Shown: piece after piece, positions 40,009 through 54,742 of the stretch
Layout: each line of letters opens with the position of its first letter
Numbering within the stretch: the first letter of the stretch is position 1
NCBI GenBank assembly: GCA_964016885.1
Contig: OZ024747.1
Span: forward strand, 82,646,001 to 82,710,000
Source: Eledone cirrhosa
Lineage: Eukaryota
Length of the DNA: 64,000 nt
Direction: 5' to 3'
The notes under the pieces: model-generated
The model's input: the letters and a program-made list of their open reading frames with translations, nothing else
Databases searched by the model: none
What the model was told of the DNA's origin: nothing
Translations under genes and position numbers: made by a program

Positions 40009-40824
40009 AATATGTATGTGTATGTAAGTATATATATATATATATATATATACATAAATACATATGTACGCGTATGTGTATGTATATATATATGTATGTG
40101 TATGCATATATATATATATATATATACGTACATATGTATGTGTATGTTTGTATATATATATACATATGTATGTGTATGTATATGTATATATATATATATA
40201 TACACATACATATGTATATATATATACAAACATACACATACATATGTATGTATATATATATATACATATATATATATATGCATATATATGTATGTTATGT
40301 ATGTGTATATATATATATATATGTGTGTATGTATATATATATATATATGGTGTTGGACAAATATATATATATATATGGTGTTGGACAAAATGTGTTATTT
40401 CTCTGAGGTTATCTTCGGTTAAATAATGCAAATTAAGCTTGGCTTAAAAATCTACTACACTATTTTCCTACGTGTAAATTTCTAGAAAAACAAAACACTT
40501 ATGAACATTAGGAAGACAAATTATAAATTCGATAGAAACGCATGTCCATAGATGTCCCCTTCTCTAAAAACAAAGATCATACTTTATTTTTCACTGGCAG
40601 CATGTTAATTCACATTCTGCATAATTTCTTGTTGTTATCTCCCCTTCTTTTCAGAGTCGCCAACAGACGTTGTTAGGATTTTCTTTGCAGTCTTTGAAAT
40701 TTCCATAGATTGAGAATTTAGTGGGTATGCCAGACTGTACATCACTCCATAGCGCCATATAGCTAGGTGTACATCTCTCTTTCTCTCTCAATATGTATAT
40801 ATATGTGTGTGAGCGTGCGTGGGC

Positions 40825-40904
<80 letters not shown>

Positions 40905-41016
40905 ATCATAAAGCGTTCACTGTAAAAGAATGAACTAAATACTGATGTAGAGCGTAAACATTTTTTTATGCAGAAATTATTACCTCTGACCCTTCCGGTA
41001 ACAACTCTTTAGACTC

Positions 41017-41049
<33 letters not shown>

Positions 41050-41645
41050 TATATATAGATAGATATAGACATAGATATAGATATAGATATAGATATAGAT
41101 ATATCCAAAATTAAATTAAGGTAAGGTTGTTATGTCTGAGAGACATGCGCCATATTCACTGCAGAATAAGCTCAAAGAATAGTTCCGAGCATTTTATATC
41201 AACTAGAAATAGATTGACACATATATATATAAAATAAACAGATGAAACAATCTCAGGGAATAATTTGTAAAATGTGTAAGCACACATAGCTAGGTAGGTA
41301 ACTAATTAAAGTTTAACTAGAACTTCAAATGTAGATACCTTTTAAAATGATTATAGATATATATATATAAACATTACATATATATACATATATATATATA
41401 ATGTTTATATATATATATATATAATGTTTATATATATATATATAAACATATCCCGCCGAGGTTAACTTTGCCTTTCATCCTTACGGGGTCGATAAAAAAT
41501 AAAGTACCAGTAATACACTGGGTAATTGGTGGCCTTGTGCCAAAAGTAGAAACAATTATATATATATAAACATTATATATATATAAACAATATATATATA
41601 CATTATATATATATATACATTATATATATATATACAAACATTATG

Positions 41646-41677
<32 letters not shown>

Positions 41678-41788
41678 ATACATTATATATATATATATAC
41701 ATTATATATATATATAGATTATATATATATATATACATTATATGTATATATATATAATGTATATATATATATATATACATTATATATA

Positions 41789-42009
41789 AAGGAACGATCG
41801 ACTTTCGTCAAATCGGACTGAGGGAACAATGTTTCCGTTGGTCTTTCCAATTGCTAATACTATCTATCGGTCGCAACACCAGGTAGAAGGAGCAACGTGA
41901 AATAAAGTGTCTTGCTCAAGGACATAACGCATCGCCTTGTCCAGGAATCGAACTCACAACCTTACGATTGCGAATCCAATTCTCTAACCACTCAGCCACA
42001 CGCCTTCAC
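41789..42009 (-). mobile_element. CORE-like SINE family B; near-identical copy at 51721-51940 (-), older copy at 49100-49285 (+)
   Basis: tRNA head TGGCTGAGTGG..GAGTTCGATTCC followed by CCTTGAGCAAGACACTT. Confidence 0.85.
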
Positions 42010-42076
42010 ATACATTATATATATATACATTATATATATATATATATACATTATATATATATATATATATATATAC

Positions 42077-42137
<61 letters not shown>

Positions 42138-42162
42138 TATATATATATATATATATATATAC

Positions 42163-42265
<103 letters not shown>

Positions 42266-42516
42266 TATATACATTATATATATATATATATTTCTATATA
42301 TAATTATATATAGTATTAAGTATACTATCTATGGTTATGCAAATACAAAAACCTTTTGTAGTTATATATATTTTTATAAACCCTAAATAGTGGTAGGCAG
42401 TAATATATTACTACCTTATCACCAGTAAGTTAAATACCTTAATGTAATAACATCAGATGATTTACAGAGCAGTTATATGAATCATAAGAATCAAAGAACT
42501 GTTCAAAACATTTTTA

Positions 42517-42563
42517 TGCTTACAACTGTTTCCTCCAAACCGAGGTTTGGATTCTTCGGAGCA
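42517..42563 (-). ncRNA. Type-I hammerhead ribozyme, U4C core variant
   Basis: Minus strand tgct-CCGAAGA-atccaaacc tc ggtttggag-GAAA-cagttg-TA-agca. Confidence 0.7.
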
Positions 42564-42730
42564 ATTTATTATTGAATGAACACTTATATGACCTCCTTTT
42601 CACCCAAGAGACATACAGATACATATGCAAATATTCTGAGTCAACATTCACTACAGTATTTAGTGTGGCAGTACACATTTAGAGATTATATGGTTATGCG
42701 TAGTTTCTAAAATTTTAAAGTGTCTTAACT

Positions 42731-42923
42731 ATAATTGTTTCTACTTTAGGCACAAGGCCAGCAAATTACTCAGTGCATTACTGGTACTTTATTTTATCGA
42801 CCCCGTAAGGATGAAAGGCAAAGTCAACCTCGGCGGGATTTGAACTCAGATCGTAAAGGGACGTAACTATGCGTCAAAGCATGGCGTCCGACACTCTACC
42901 GATACTGCCAATCCACCACCCTA
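42731..42923 (-). mobile_element. Young SINE family A copy with 20-bp target-site duplication
   Basis: TAAAGTGTCTTAACTATAAT at 42716-42735 and 42924-42943. Confidence 0.92.
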
Positions 42924-43949
42924 TAAAGTGTCTTAACTATAATGTAGTCTATTAAGCTGTGCTAAAGGTGTTCCTATTATAGTGACTATCCTCCATCGTA
43001 GAGTGCCACAAATGAATATTATACACGACGAGCGAGATTTCTAAATTAATGATCACTGTGATTGTAGTCTACTCATAGAACCAAGCAGGGTGATTCGAGA
43101 ATCACTTCAACACACAATGATCCCCGGTAAGTTCCGGGTCAGTGCATGCTATATTGGATGTCGAAAGATAATCATCACTAGGGCAGACCAGAGGTCAATC
43201 CACACTCATCATGTCTCCAATCTGACCATCAAATCATACTTATATGTACAACTCATACGCCACTTGCAATAGATTCACTGCACTCAGCATACCGGTCGTA
43301 CAGCTCATCAACGTTACTAGATTAATTAGTCTTCTATTTATCCAACAATGGCACTTCCTCCGCATAGCACCAACAATACAATCAATTCAATGCTTAAATG
43401 TTACATTAACTATAAAGTGGTGTAGTGCAGTTCAAGCAACTGGATGTAGTCACACCTAAAGTAGAAGTACAAAGGGGTATTCCTACTGAGAAGGGTTCTA
43501 GAGGGATGTCCCGATTAGTGTTATATTAGATCAATGAGTGTGGGGATGTGGTATAAGGTGTGCCCCTGGTGTTTGATGCTAGAGGTGGTGTCTGGTTCAA
43601 GTCCAACATTGCTATATATTGGGCTTAAAGTTTTGGAAGGAATGTCTGAAGCGGTGCTGGCAAGTTGCAAGCACTTCAGATTTTTTGTTAAGTAGGTTAC
43701 GGTTAGAGAAGATAATAGTGTGGGTCTCTAGTATACAGAGGTTACAAAATGTATTAGGTGGTTTGTACGAATAATTCATATAATTCAATAATTCTTATAA
43801 TTCATATAATTATATATATACATTATATATATATATATATACATTGTATATATATATACATTATATATGTATATATATATATACATTATATATATATACA
43901 TTATATATATATATATATATATATATACATTATATGTTTATATATATAC

Positions 43950-44013
<64 letters not shown>

Positions 44014-45891
44014 ACCACACATATGGTGGGTCCTAATTGTGTTTCTATCATTATTCTTATATTGTTGCTATCCTCCCCATCTAAAACCTTGTTACATTTC
44101 AACAACCTATTCATTCTCCTCTGTCTTTTTCTTTCTATTTCTATCAAAAATATTCTGGATATTTTTTTATGATAATTCATTAACCTCAAAATGGCAACCG
44201 AACTATGTGATTTCCCGTGGAGTTAATTACACTCTATCTTATTTTGCACTTTAGACAATTTAAACAAAATAAATGTTAGGTTTTTAGTGTGTAGTGGGTG
44301 TCATTCAGAGTCTTATTTGACTCTGACCTGAAGCATTTTATGGTTATTTCTTGTAAAGAAAAAGATTTCATTCTTAAATATAATTGGTTGTTTTCTCGAA
44401 ATTGCTGTTTCTAGTTTAGCGTTAAGAAAAATGTGTCGTTAATGGGATTGCATCCGCCAGAAAAGTGTAAGGCAATACAAGCCGATATTTTTTGTGCTTC
44501 TAAATTACAATACTATTCAAGCAAATGAAAAGCCTACTTTCTTTTATAAGATAGGATTTCATGTTGTCGTATGTAATAAAGCTCTTAACGTTGAATGTGT
44601 GATAGACTGTGCAACTGGCTCCAATATAACTACAGTTGGATTTAGGAATGTTATGTAATGCTCACATCTATGCCTGAATCTCGTGTGGCTTATGAATATC
44701 TTCCTTTATATAACTGCTCTTCGTGTTGATAGTTCTTAAGGCTTTAATGTGGCTGTAAATAATCCCTACGAAATAAATATAATCCCTAAAGAAATAATAT
44801 AAACAATTATTTCTTACTTTTTTTATCTTGGGATATTTTCTTGCACTTTGAACTAACATATTCGTACAGGGTTTAGATAGTGCTACTCATTACGTGGTCC
44901 CTCAACTTGCCAAAATTAGCTGTTCCTCCTCTTAGGGTGTTGACATTGATTAAAGATAGTGATAATCAGGTGTGGTTTATAAGGTTACTCTTCTGATTGA
45001 ATATATGTAGGCCTGTGGCTGGAAGAAATGTGTATATAAAGGGAAGTGGCTGGACTGGCTGATGCGTTTAATATGGAGTCTGGAAAGAGTGAGGCAGTAG
45101 ATTTAATGAGAGGAAAAAGAATATAAAGGATTAATAGGAAAGAATTGGTAAAATACATAAAAAAATAGTGAGCTGGAATAAGATGAGAATGGTAAAGGAT
45201 AACGAGGAATGCAGGGTATGGTAGTTAAAGAGGTTCACAAGGATGGGAACATGGGGAATGAAACTGTATAGAGAAGGAGATGGGAGAGAAAATAGAAATA
45301 CATAAAAGGTAGGAAAGATGGATAGTAAAGAGGGGAGAGGATATGAGAAAGACAAAAAGCTGTGTTAGTGATAGAAGAGTTAACGAAAGATGAAAATAGC
45401 AGAGGAGACTAAAGTCGACAGTTAGAGAGGAGTATAGAGAGAGTATAAAGAAAAGAGAATCATGGAGATGTTTATGAAGAAGGGGAGAGATCATGAGGCG
45501 AAGAGAGTAAAGAAGGAGTAGAGAAAAGAGAACAAGAAAGAAGGGAAATAATGAGAAAGATAGAAGTATGAAAATAGAAATATAAGATAAATATCTTTTC
45601 TCTTCTTCCTCACCTCCAACTCTTCCTCTCTGTCAGTTACTCTGCTACACTCATGTCTTTCTCTTTGTACTTTCTATCATTATGTATTCTTTCAGTCTGT
45701 CTCTCACACATTTAGTCTCATGAGAAACCTTGAAGAGCTAAGTAGTAGTTAAGTTGGTGTTAACATATTTAATGCAAAGAGCAGCCAAAGAGCTAATTAA
45801 GTAATTTTTCTTAGAGATTTTTATGTTTGTTTATTTTGTTGATTTACTTTTTCTAGAGATTTTTTTACATATACATACACACAGATGTGTG

Positions 45892-45943
<52 letters not shown>

Positions 45944-45989
45944 ACAAACACACACTCATTATATATATATATATGTATATATATGTATA

Positions 45990-46136
<147 letters not shown>

Positions 46137-46152
46137 ACAAACACACACTCAT

Positions 46153-46183
<31 letters not shown>

Positions 46184-46188
46184 GTATA

Positions 46189-46307
<119 letters not shown>

Positions 46308-46312
46308 ATTAA

Positions 46313-46624
46313 TGTTCAGAGCCACTGAGGATGAAAAACTCAGAGCTGTATGGGAGCAACCCAAAAGTCACCTCAAAAGTGACACAGAGGAGACTGAGGT
46401 TAGCTGGACATGCTCACCGACATCCAGAGTTGACATTGCACTCGGTGCTCCTGTGGGAGCCCCTACATGGACACACTAGAAGAGGAAGACCAAGGTTAAC
46501 GTATGTTGATGCCCTAAGGACAGACACTGGTCTGTTGGAGACACAGAACATGGCAGCGATAATGAGGGACAGAGACCGCTGGAGAGAACTCATCCATGGA
46601 TCTCGGGAATTTTACTCGCCTTAG
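46313..46624 (+). mobile_element. RTE-clade LINE 3' fragment
   Basis: QRRLRLAGHAHR..LLWEP..RRGRPRLTYVDAL..DRDRWRE. Confidence 0.8.
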
Positions 46625-46879
46625 ATATATATATATATATATATAAACACACACACATTATATATATATATATATATATATAATAGTTTCTACTTTTGGC
46701 ACAAGGCCAGCAATTATCCCAGTGCATTACTGGTACTTTATTTTATCGACCCCGATATATATATATAAGGGCTGATTATATTAGTTATCACGGAATATCA
46801 GACGTCCCAAATGTGGCGTTTCAAACCCACTCGCCAATTCCTTTACACACAATCATAAACTATAACTAGTCTTCTCTTC

Positions 46880-47138
46880 ACAGATCCTGCCAAGCAAAGA
46901 GTCAAACGGGATTGTCTCAAATATTCGTGAGTAGTAGGTAGTTACTTCAGTCATTCCGACAAGGGGTTATCACCCAGCCCTACATGAGTCCCAGGTTCAG
47001 CTAACTCCGACTGGCAGTACCTGGAATAAGCCCCTATCCTGGGTTATGGAAACCTCCTGTTGAGAAGAGTGGAGCTAAGAGATAGTAACCTTACCTCCAC
47101 AAGTCAAAATTGCAACAGAAGAAGAAGAAGAAGAAGAA
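46880..47138 (+). mobile_element. Probable non-autonomous RTE-derived element with a (GAA)n tail
   Basis: GC-richer block ending ..GTAACCTTACCTCCACAAG..CAACAGAAGAAGAAG; classification by resemblance only. Confidence 0.4.
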
Positions 47139-47844
47139 GGGGATGCTGATGGTAAACTTCAACGTGTATACGGTCGTGTATTTGTGTGTGTGCTTTTGTG
47201 TGTGGAAGTATTAAATACGAACATACAAGGACAGTTAACTCTGTGTGTGTGTGTGTGTGCCTGTGTGTGTTTTGTGTGTATATATATATATGTGTGTGTG
47301 TATGTGTGGGTATATGTATGTGTATGTGTGTGTGTGTCTGTGTGTATATGTATGTGTGTGTGTGTGTCTGTGCCTATATGTCTGTGTGTGTGTGTGTATA
47401 TGTCTGTGTGTGTGTCTGTGTGTATATGTCTGTTATGTCTGTGTGTGTGTGTGTGTGTCTGTATATATCTGTGCGTGTGTTATTGAGTGCGTGTAATTGA
47501 GAAGAAGAAGAAGAAGAAGAAGAAGAAGAAGAAGAAGAAGAAGAAGATATTCCATACCATTATCAACACACGTAAAAGAAACTAATCTACCTTTGCTCAC
47601 AATTACACCAATAATAGTCACCACTATAAATCTAGCACCACAGACCACATGAGATAATAAGGTAACTGATTATCAATCAGCTCAGGTGATACCAATTTCT
47701 AAATTTTGGCACAAGGCCAGCAATTTGTGATGAGAGCAATGTGTCGATTATATCGACCGGAGTATTCTACTGGTACTTTATTTTATCGAACCCAGAAGGA
47801 TGAAAAATGAGGTTGCCCTCGGCAGGAATTGAACGGACAGATTT

Positions 47845-48093
47845 TACGGCCAAAACCAATCGGCAAGAGACCCAGGGGTAGACCCTGAGCAAGATTGTTA
47901 GATAACATACATGAGCTTGGCTGGTCACACTTGGGGATCCACCCGGATCTGTTGCAGGCGGTTACTTTTGACAGGACCCGCTGAAAGGAGTGTTTTGAGG
48001 ATTCTGCCCCCACAACCCTCTTAGGAATAAGTGAGCGAAGAAGAAGAAGAAGAAGAAGAAGAAGAAGAAGAAGAAGAAGAAGAAGAAGAAGAA
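47845..48093 (+). mobile_element. RTE 3' fragment with a (GAA)n tail, nested inside a SINE family A copy (47695-48165, -)
   Basis: GKRPRGRP*ARLLDNI..LGI..DR motif; the SINE resumes at about 48094. Confidence 0.75.
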
Positions 48094-49863
48094 GCGTAAA
48101 GGGTCGTAACTACATGCTGCAAAGCATTTTGTCCAACACTCTAATGGGACTGCCAATCCACCATCCTTCAGTTCAGGTAATGACAACTTCAATCTCGGGA
48201 CAAAGAGGAAATGTTATGCCGTCACTTGACCTGATCAAAATAGTAATCAAACCTCCCTCAAATTAGTTTAAGAGCTTAAGGGAGGAAAAGAGGAAGGCAC
48301 CAGAGGTATAAAAGTCAAAATTTGGTATATCTGCCGTGGAATCGTTATTAATCAGTTCAGGTAATAATTAAGTCGCAATACCTCATCTATGTACACTTCT
48401 ATACCTCTCCATCATTCCATTCTACCATCACCATCACTATCTACGCTGCCCAAATTTAATCAACATCCTCTCTGTTGCTATATAATCAAATTCAGCCACA
48501 CCTGATTCTCCTCTCCTTGTGATCGGCTGTGATAGACGTCTCGGATGTGATAACATTCTGTTTGACGTAATAATCGATAATGTAGTAATTAGGTAGATAT
48601 GGAACTTAATTTAAAATTATGCAGAACTAGGAATTTAAGGGAAGCTGTGGTGAATATATATTTCCAGCGAGAATTAGCTTAGCAAACAGAGACCATTCCA
48701 ACAGCTTTGTGAAAACTAGTTTACATAATCATTTCCCCATACAAATTAATAAAATCGCTTTCCTTTCTCTCTTTCTTCTTCTCCACCTCTTCCTCCGTCT
48801 CCTTTTACTTTGCCCCTACTTCATTCTCCTTTTCCTTTGCTCCCACTTCATTCCCACCCTTGCCTCTTCTCACTCCTCGTGATCTTTCCGTCATTGTCAT
48901 CATCATCATCAGCAACAGCGGAGTTATCACAGAGCGCAGTTTAAGTCCTTGTTCCTATAATTTAGTTGGCATTGAAAACTTGGTGGAATTATATTTTTAC
49001 ATATAATCGGTATTAAAAAAAAATAACCATAATTCTTGTTGCATTGGAACGTTCGTAGATGTATAAATATACAACAATAATATTAATCCTTGGTTTTACT
49101 GCCTGAGTGGTAAGAGAAATGGATTCGCAATCATGAGGTTGTGAGTTCGATTCTTGGACCAGGAGATGCGTTATGTCCTTGAACAAGACACTTTATTTCA
49201 CGTTGCTCCTTCTACCAGGAGTTGCGACCTATAGATAGTATTAGCAATTGGAAAGACGAACAGAAACATTGCTTCCTCGACTATCGATATATATATATTA
49301 AATATCAGGTGATCCAATAAACGCTATGTTGTGCATAATTAATTAATTGATATTTGTTTCCTTTACACTGTCACAAAAATCTGATATCCTGCATTCCAAT
49401 GTCTTCATTATAAACTTGATTGATATGTTATAATTCACCCAAGGTGAAACCCATACTTAATCTGTGTGGTATCACAATTCTACGTTGTATTTTAATCTAC
49501 TCCCCATGATGGTTGGCAAATTAATTTGACCCATATTAAATTAATCAGTCGCTACTGAGAAAAAAATAAACATGTACTTAAACGAAATCCCAATCATTCA
49601 TTATATCAATACTTAACACCTACTTTGGTAACATTAAACATATTAAACCTCATCCATCCATCATTTATATGACTGGGAATTAACTAACATGGTAAGTCGA
49701 TTTGAACTAAAATCTGTAGGTATTTAACTAAATACTACAAGTAATTTTAATACGTATGCTGCTGATTATGTCATTCTCTATCGCCCCGAAATTATCTATT
49801 TTTGACATAGATACAAGGACATTCATAGTAGGGATAGATATAGCCTATTATATTACTCGACAG

Positions 49864-50050
49864 GGCGGTGGATTGGCAGTATCGGTAGAGGGTCGGACGC
49901 CATGCTTTCCAGCATAGTTACGTCCCTTTACGATCTGAGTTCAAATCCTGCCGAGGTTGACTTTGCCTTTCATCCTTACGGGGTCGATAAAATAAAGTAC
50001 CAGTAATGCACTGGGTAATTGCTGGCCTTGTGCCTAAAGTAGAAACAATT
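49864..50050 (+). mobile_element. Young full-length SINE family A copy with up to 17-bp target-site duplication
   Basis: ATTATATTACTCGACAG at 49847-49863 and 50048-50064. Confidence 0.92.
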
Positions 50051-50979
50051 ATATTACTCGACAGATGTTGTATTTCATCGGTTCTTGGAACAATGAAAGG
50101 CAAATTCGACAGCAGTGGTATTGAAACTCAGAACAAAATTTAGCAGTAACACCGCCTTAATAGAAAGGTTTCTACAGGACTAGAACTCGAGTTCTAGTCC
50201 TGTATAAGCCATTTCTGTATTAAATATCGTTGTTATCACTCTAATTATGTATTGAGTACCCTATTTACAGTGTTTAGCCCCGATTTCACTCGGGATGTAC
50301 ATATTTATATGGATATATATATATATATATGAAGACAGTGTTCCAGTGTGGCCGTGGCCTTGATGGCTGAATCAATATATGTGTTTGTGTGGTGGTGGGG
50401 TAGATACATACATTTAAACAATTCAGTACACTCAGATTTATCTACACATACATACAACTACAACACACATATGCAAACATTATATCATACGCCTAAACTA
50501 TTCCCTTTCCTGGTTTATTTCCGCCAAGACGGATATACTCTCTGATATTTAAGTAAAAGACGGTTTCTACATTTGTAGAAAGACATTAGCATCAGTTATT
50601 CCAACAATTGAAACAATAGGAACCAAAGGATGTCAGCAACAACATCAACAACAACAGCAAAAGCAGCAGAAATAGCGGAACATCTATCACTGCAACAAAA
50701 GAACCAATATTTCTGACTTTATAACAAGACAGTAACGATATGTGGAAGTAGTTAAGTAGATTGTATCTAACCCCTGTACTTTACTGGTATTTATTTAATA
50801 TCTCTTGGCGGAAATGGGAAGATAGTTGGCGAAGTATCACTGTCTTTAGAATATTGTTCCGACTATCTATGTTCTGAGTGTCAAACACGCTTATTGGAAA
50901 TTTACTTTAATTCTTCCATGTTCGGTAAATAAGGGGGAAAAGTTTATTAGCTTCGATACAGAATTCATATCATTTAACT

Positions 50980-51180
50980 CAGGCATATCAAACATGCGGC
51001 CCTTTACAAGCAAACCTGCGGCCCGCACAAAGGTTATTATAGCGCGAGCATATTTTATCTTCGTAATATAAATTAAAAAGATTAGTTGTAATGCGCGCAA
51101 TTAGTTGTCGTGTGTGGCCCTCAGACAATACATATGTGACCCATATGGCCCTCGGGGGGACCCTCAGTTGAACATGCCTG
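50980..51180. mobile_element. hAT-type MITE
   Basis: Terminal inverted repeats CAGGCATATCAAAC / GTTGAACATGCCTG, internal GCGGCCC motifs, 8-bp target-site duplication ATTTAACT/ATTTAACC. Confidence 0.85.
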
Positions 51181-51939
51181 ATTTAACCTAATCTGTGCTG
51201 TTTTAGCGCAGATTTCATATAATTTAAGATATTGTGTGATCTATACATAAAGTACTAATAAAATACTGGGTTCTATTATTTTCTCTGTTTCTCTTTGTCT
51301 TGAAGTAGGTTACTTTGCAAGGTGAGAAGAGTCGTTAAGGAGGACTCTGAAAATGGAAAAGAATTGAATGTGGTGATAGCAACGTTTTCTCATCGATAAA
51401 CTGATATGTCACTGGAATTGTCCAAGAACAGACCAGTGTGCAATACGTACCCTGTTGTAATAATGAGGGAGAATGAAAGGCAAAAGAGTTAAGCACTCTA
51501 ACTTTCATATCACCACCAACATCCACACTGTCGAAGATTAGGTCAAAGACTTTGGGGTAGGGTTATAGAATTCCATGTATTCACTACGTGCTATTTATTT
51601 TAATGTTGCCAAGGAGAAGAAAAACAAAGTTGACACCGTTGGCATCTGAACTAAGAACAATAATTCGTAGCTAAATACAGCTATATGTTTAATCCGGCAT
51701 ATATTATATATATATATAATAAGGAACGATCGACTTTCGTCAAATCGGACCGAGGGAACAATGTTTCCGTTGGTCTTTCCAATTGCTAATACTATCTATC
51801 GGTCGCAACTACAGGTAGAAGGAGCAACATGAAATAAAGTGTCTTGCTCAAGGACATAACGCATCACCTGGCCCGGGAATCGAACTCACAACCTTACGAT
51901 TGCGAATCCAATTCTCTAACCACTCAGCCACACGCCTTC

Positions 51940-51974
<35 letters not shown>

Positions 51975-52056
51975 CATATATGTATATATATATATACATA
52001 TATGTATATATATGTATATATATATGTATATATATGTATATGTATGTATATATATA

Positions 52057-52130
<74 letters not shown>

Positions 52131-52592
52131 ATATATATAGTATATATATATATATATATATAATATATATATATATATAATATATATAATATATATATAT
52201 AATATATATATATATAATATATATATATACTTATATATATACATATATACATATATATATATATACTATATATATATATATATATTATATATATATATAT
52301 AATATATATATAATATATATATATAATATATATATAATATATATATATATAATATATATATATATAATATATATATAATATATATAATATATATATATAT
52401 AATATATATAATATATATATATAATATATATAATATATATATATATAATATATATAATATATATATATAATATATATATATATAATATATATAATATATA
52501 TATATATATATAATATATATATATATAATATATAATATCGTTTCTGAATATGTTTAGCAAGATTCTTTATCTGAAATCGTGTGTTGAAACCG

Positions 52593-52957
52593 ATATTGTT
52601 ATACTTTGGGAGGGTCATGTTGCCAATAAGAAACACACGCACCAGTTGCTTTCACTTCAATTTATTATATATTTATAAATTTATTAGTTTATAAATTTAT
52701 AAATTTCTGGCGTAGGACAGAACAAAGGAGAGGCACAGAAACAAAGAAAGGAATCCCCAGTCACTGAAGAGGTCACAGAGTGTGTGACGAAAGAACTATG
52801 ACTATATATAAACAACTATCTGGTTGTGGAACCAACCAACCAGAAATTTATAAATTTATAAACTTATAAATTTATAAATATATAATAAATTGAAGTGAAA
52901 GCAACTGGTGCGTGTGTTTCTTATTGGCAACATGACCCTCCCAAAGTATAACAATAT
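52593..52957. mobile_element. 118-bp inverted repeat (52593-52710 / 52840-52957) enclosing an HHR; PLE-type inverted terminus
   Basis: Arms are reverse complementary with about 1 mismatch. Confidence 0.8.
52759..52803 (+). ncRNA. Type-I hammerhead ribozyme, near intact
   Basis: agtca-CTGAAGA-g gtcaca gagtg tgtgac-GAAA-gaac-TA-tgact. Confidence 0.75.
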
Positions 52958-52994
52958 ATATATATATATATATTGTTGTGTGCATACATCTATG

Positions 52995-54249
52995 ACTGAT
53001 GCATCTGGACACATCTTCAGTGATGTGCCTGGTATCATCGGGTGTTTCGGGTCTTTCAACATCTTACACCCTACTCCAGGTGACCCAGCTGGGGCTGATC
53101 AGACCCCAGCTTGTGTCCAGATGGCCGGCTAGCTACCATGACTCCATGGCTCTCCTCTTTTGATCCACAGCCATCTTGAGGCCCTCTCTGCCGCATCGGT
53201 GGTACTGCGGATGGCCTTACTCCTTCTCACTCCCTCGATGCCCAAACTGCTGAAGACTCTGGTCAGGGAACGGGCTGCGAAACTCCTGCATCCAACCTCC
53301 ACTGGGAGACACCTCGCTCTCCAACCAGCCCGCTGACAGTCACTGACCAGAACTGCGTACTTGGAGAGCTCTCTCTCTTAGACTTATTCCAGGCGATCTT
53401 CCCATGGGACAGTCAACTCCAGCAGCACTAATTGCTTGGTGGACTCAGACACGAGGACAATGTCTGGTCGTAGGGTGGTGACCGCAATGTGGCTAGGGAA
53501 CTTCAGCTGACGCTCAACGATGGTCGTAAAGACTTGGTGATGCCTCCAGCGGTACCGTCCTTCTCCAAGCGCCCCTGTGCAGCAGTTGAGGATGTATTCC
53601 AGGGTTCCTCGCTTGGAGCACAACGCACATGCTGGTGTCTCTGCTATGTCTCATGTGTCCCTGGATGAGGAATTTAATGCGGTGAGGCTCGGCTTTCCAC
53701 AGCTCAACCCAGGTCACTTTCCTCTCAACCGCATTCTCCCATCTTGTCCAAGCTCCCTGTTGCTTCATTCCTACTGGCTTGCAAGTTCTCATTTCCTCCA
53801 CTGCAGCTCTCACCTCCTCCTGAACAAGGCGGTGCCCTTCCTTCCCGCTGGTGTTCGTTTGGGGAGTCGGAAAGGAGCCTAGCCCAGCTCTGCCTCGTGT
53901 GACCACTCCCACAAGTCTCCTTTGGCGCAACCTTGCCTCTGCCTCTTGAACTGCGTCCTCTGCCCTCCACTTCCTGCCAGTCCTCACTTGGATCTCTGCT
54001 TTAGCCACCTTCGGATCACAAGAGTCCCTGTACTGGACCACTTCTTGCCACCTTGAACTTCTCCTCCAATGATTTGAAGGGCAATTTCAGTTTGGTGTTG
54101 TTACCGTAGAGCGCGATGCTGCTCAGGCTCCTTGGCAATTCAAGCCATCTCCGGAGGTGGCTGCTGACCGTCCTCTCTAAGGTCTCCACTGTTGAGATGA
54201 GGACTGCATAGACAAGGAGGGGCCACAGGATCCTGGGAAGAATGCCGTG
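52995..54249 (-). mobile_element. 5'-truncated, frameshifted HERO-like RLE non-LTR retrotransposon
   Basis: ILPRILWPL, RTGRKWRA, GRAGLG, QQGAWTRWE, C...RYRWRH, LRPDIVL..LLELTVPWE. Confidence 0.85.
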
Positions 54250-54277
54250 AATATATAATATATATATATATATATAT

Positions 54278-54339
<62 letters not shown>

Positions 54340-54341
54340 TG

Positions 54342-54485
<144 letters not shown>

Positions 54486-54545
54486 TAATATATATATATA
54501 TAATATATATATAATATACATATATAATATATATATATAATATAC

Positions 54546-54611
<66 letters not shown>

Positions 54612-54616
<5 letters not shown>

Positions 54617-54742
54617 GTTTCTACTTTTGGCACAAGGCCAGCAAATACCCAGTGCATTACTGGTACTTTATTTTATCGACCTCCGTAAGGATGAAAGGCA
54701 AAGTTAACTTCGGCGGGATTTGAACTCAGAATGGCAAGGGCC
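54612..54742 (-). mobile_element. SINE family A, 5'-truncated
   Basis: Reverse complement of the body and tail. Confidence 0.85.
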
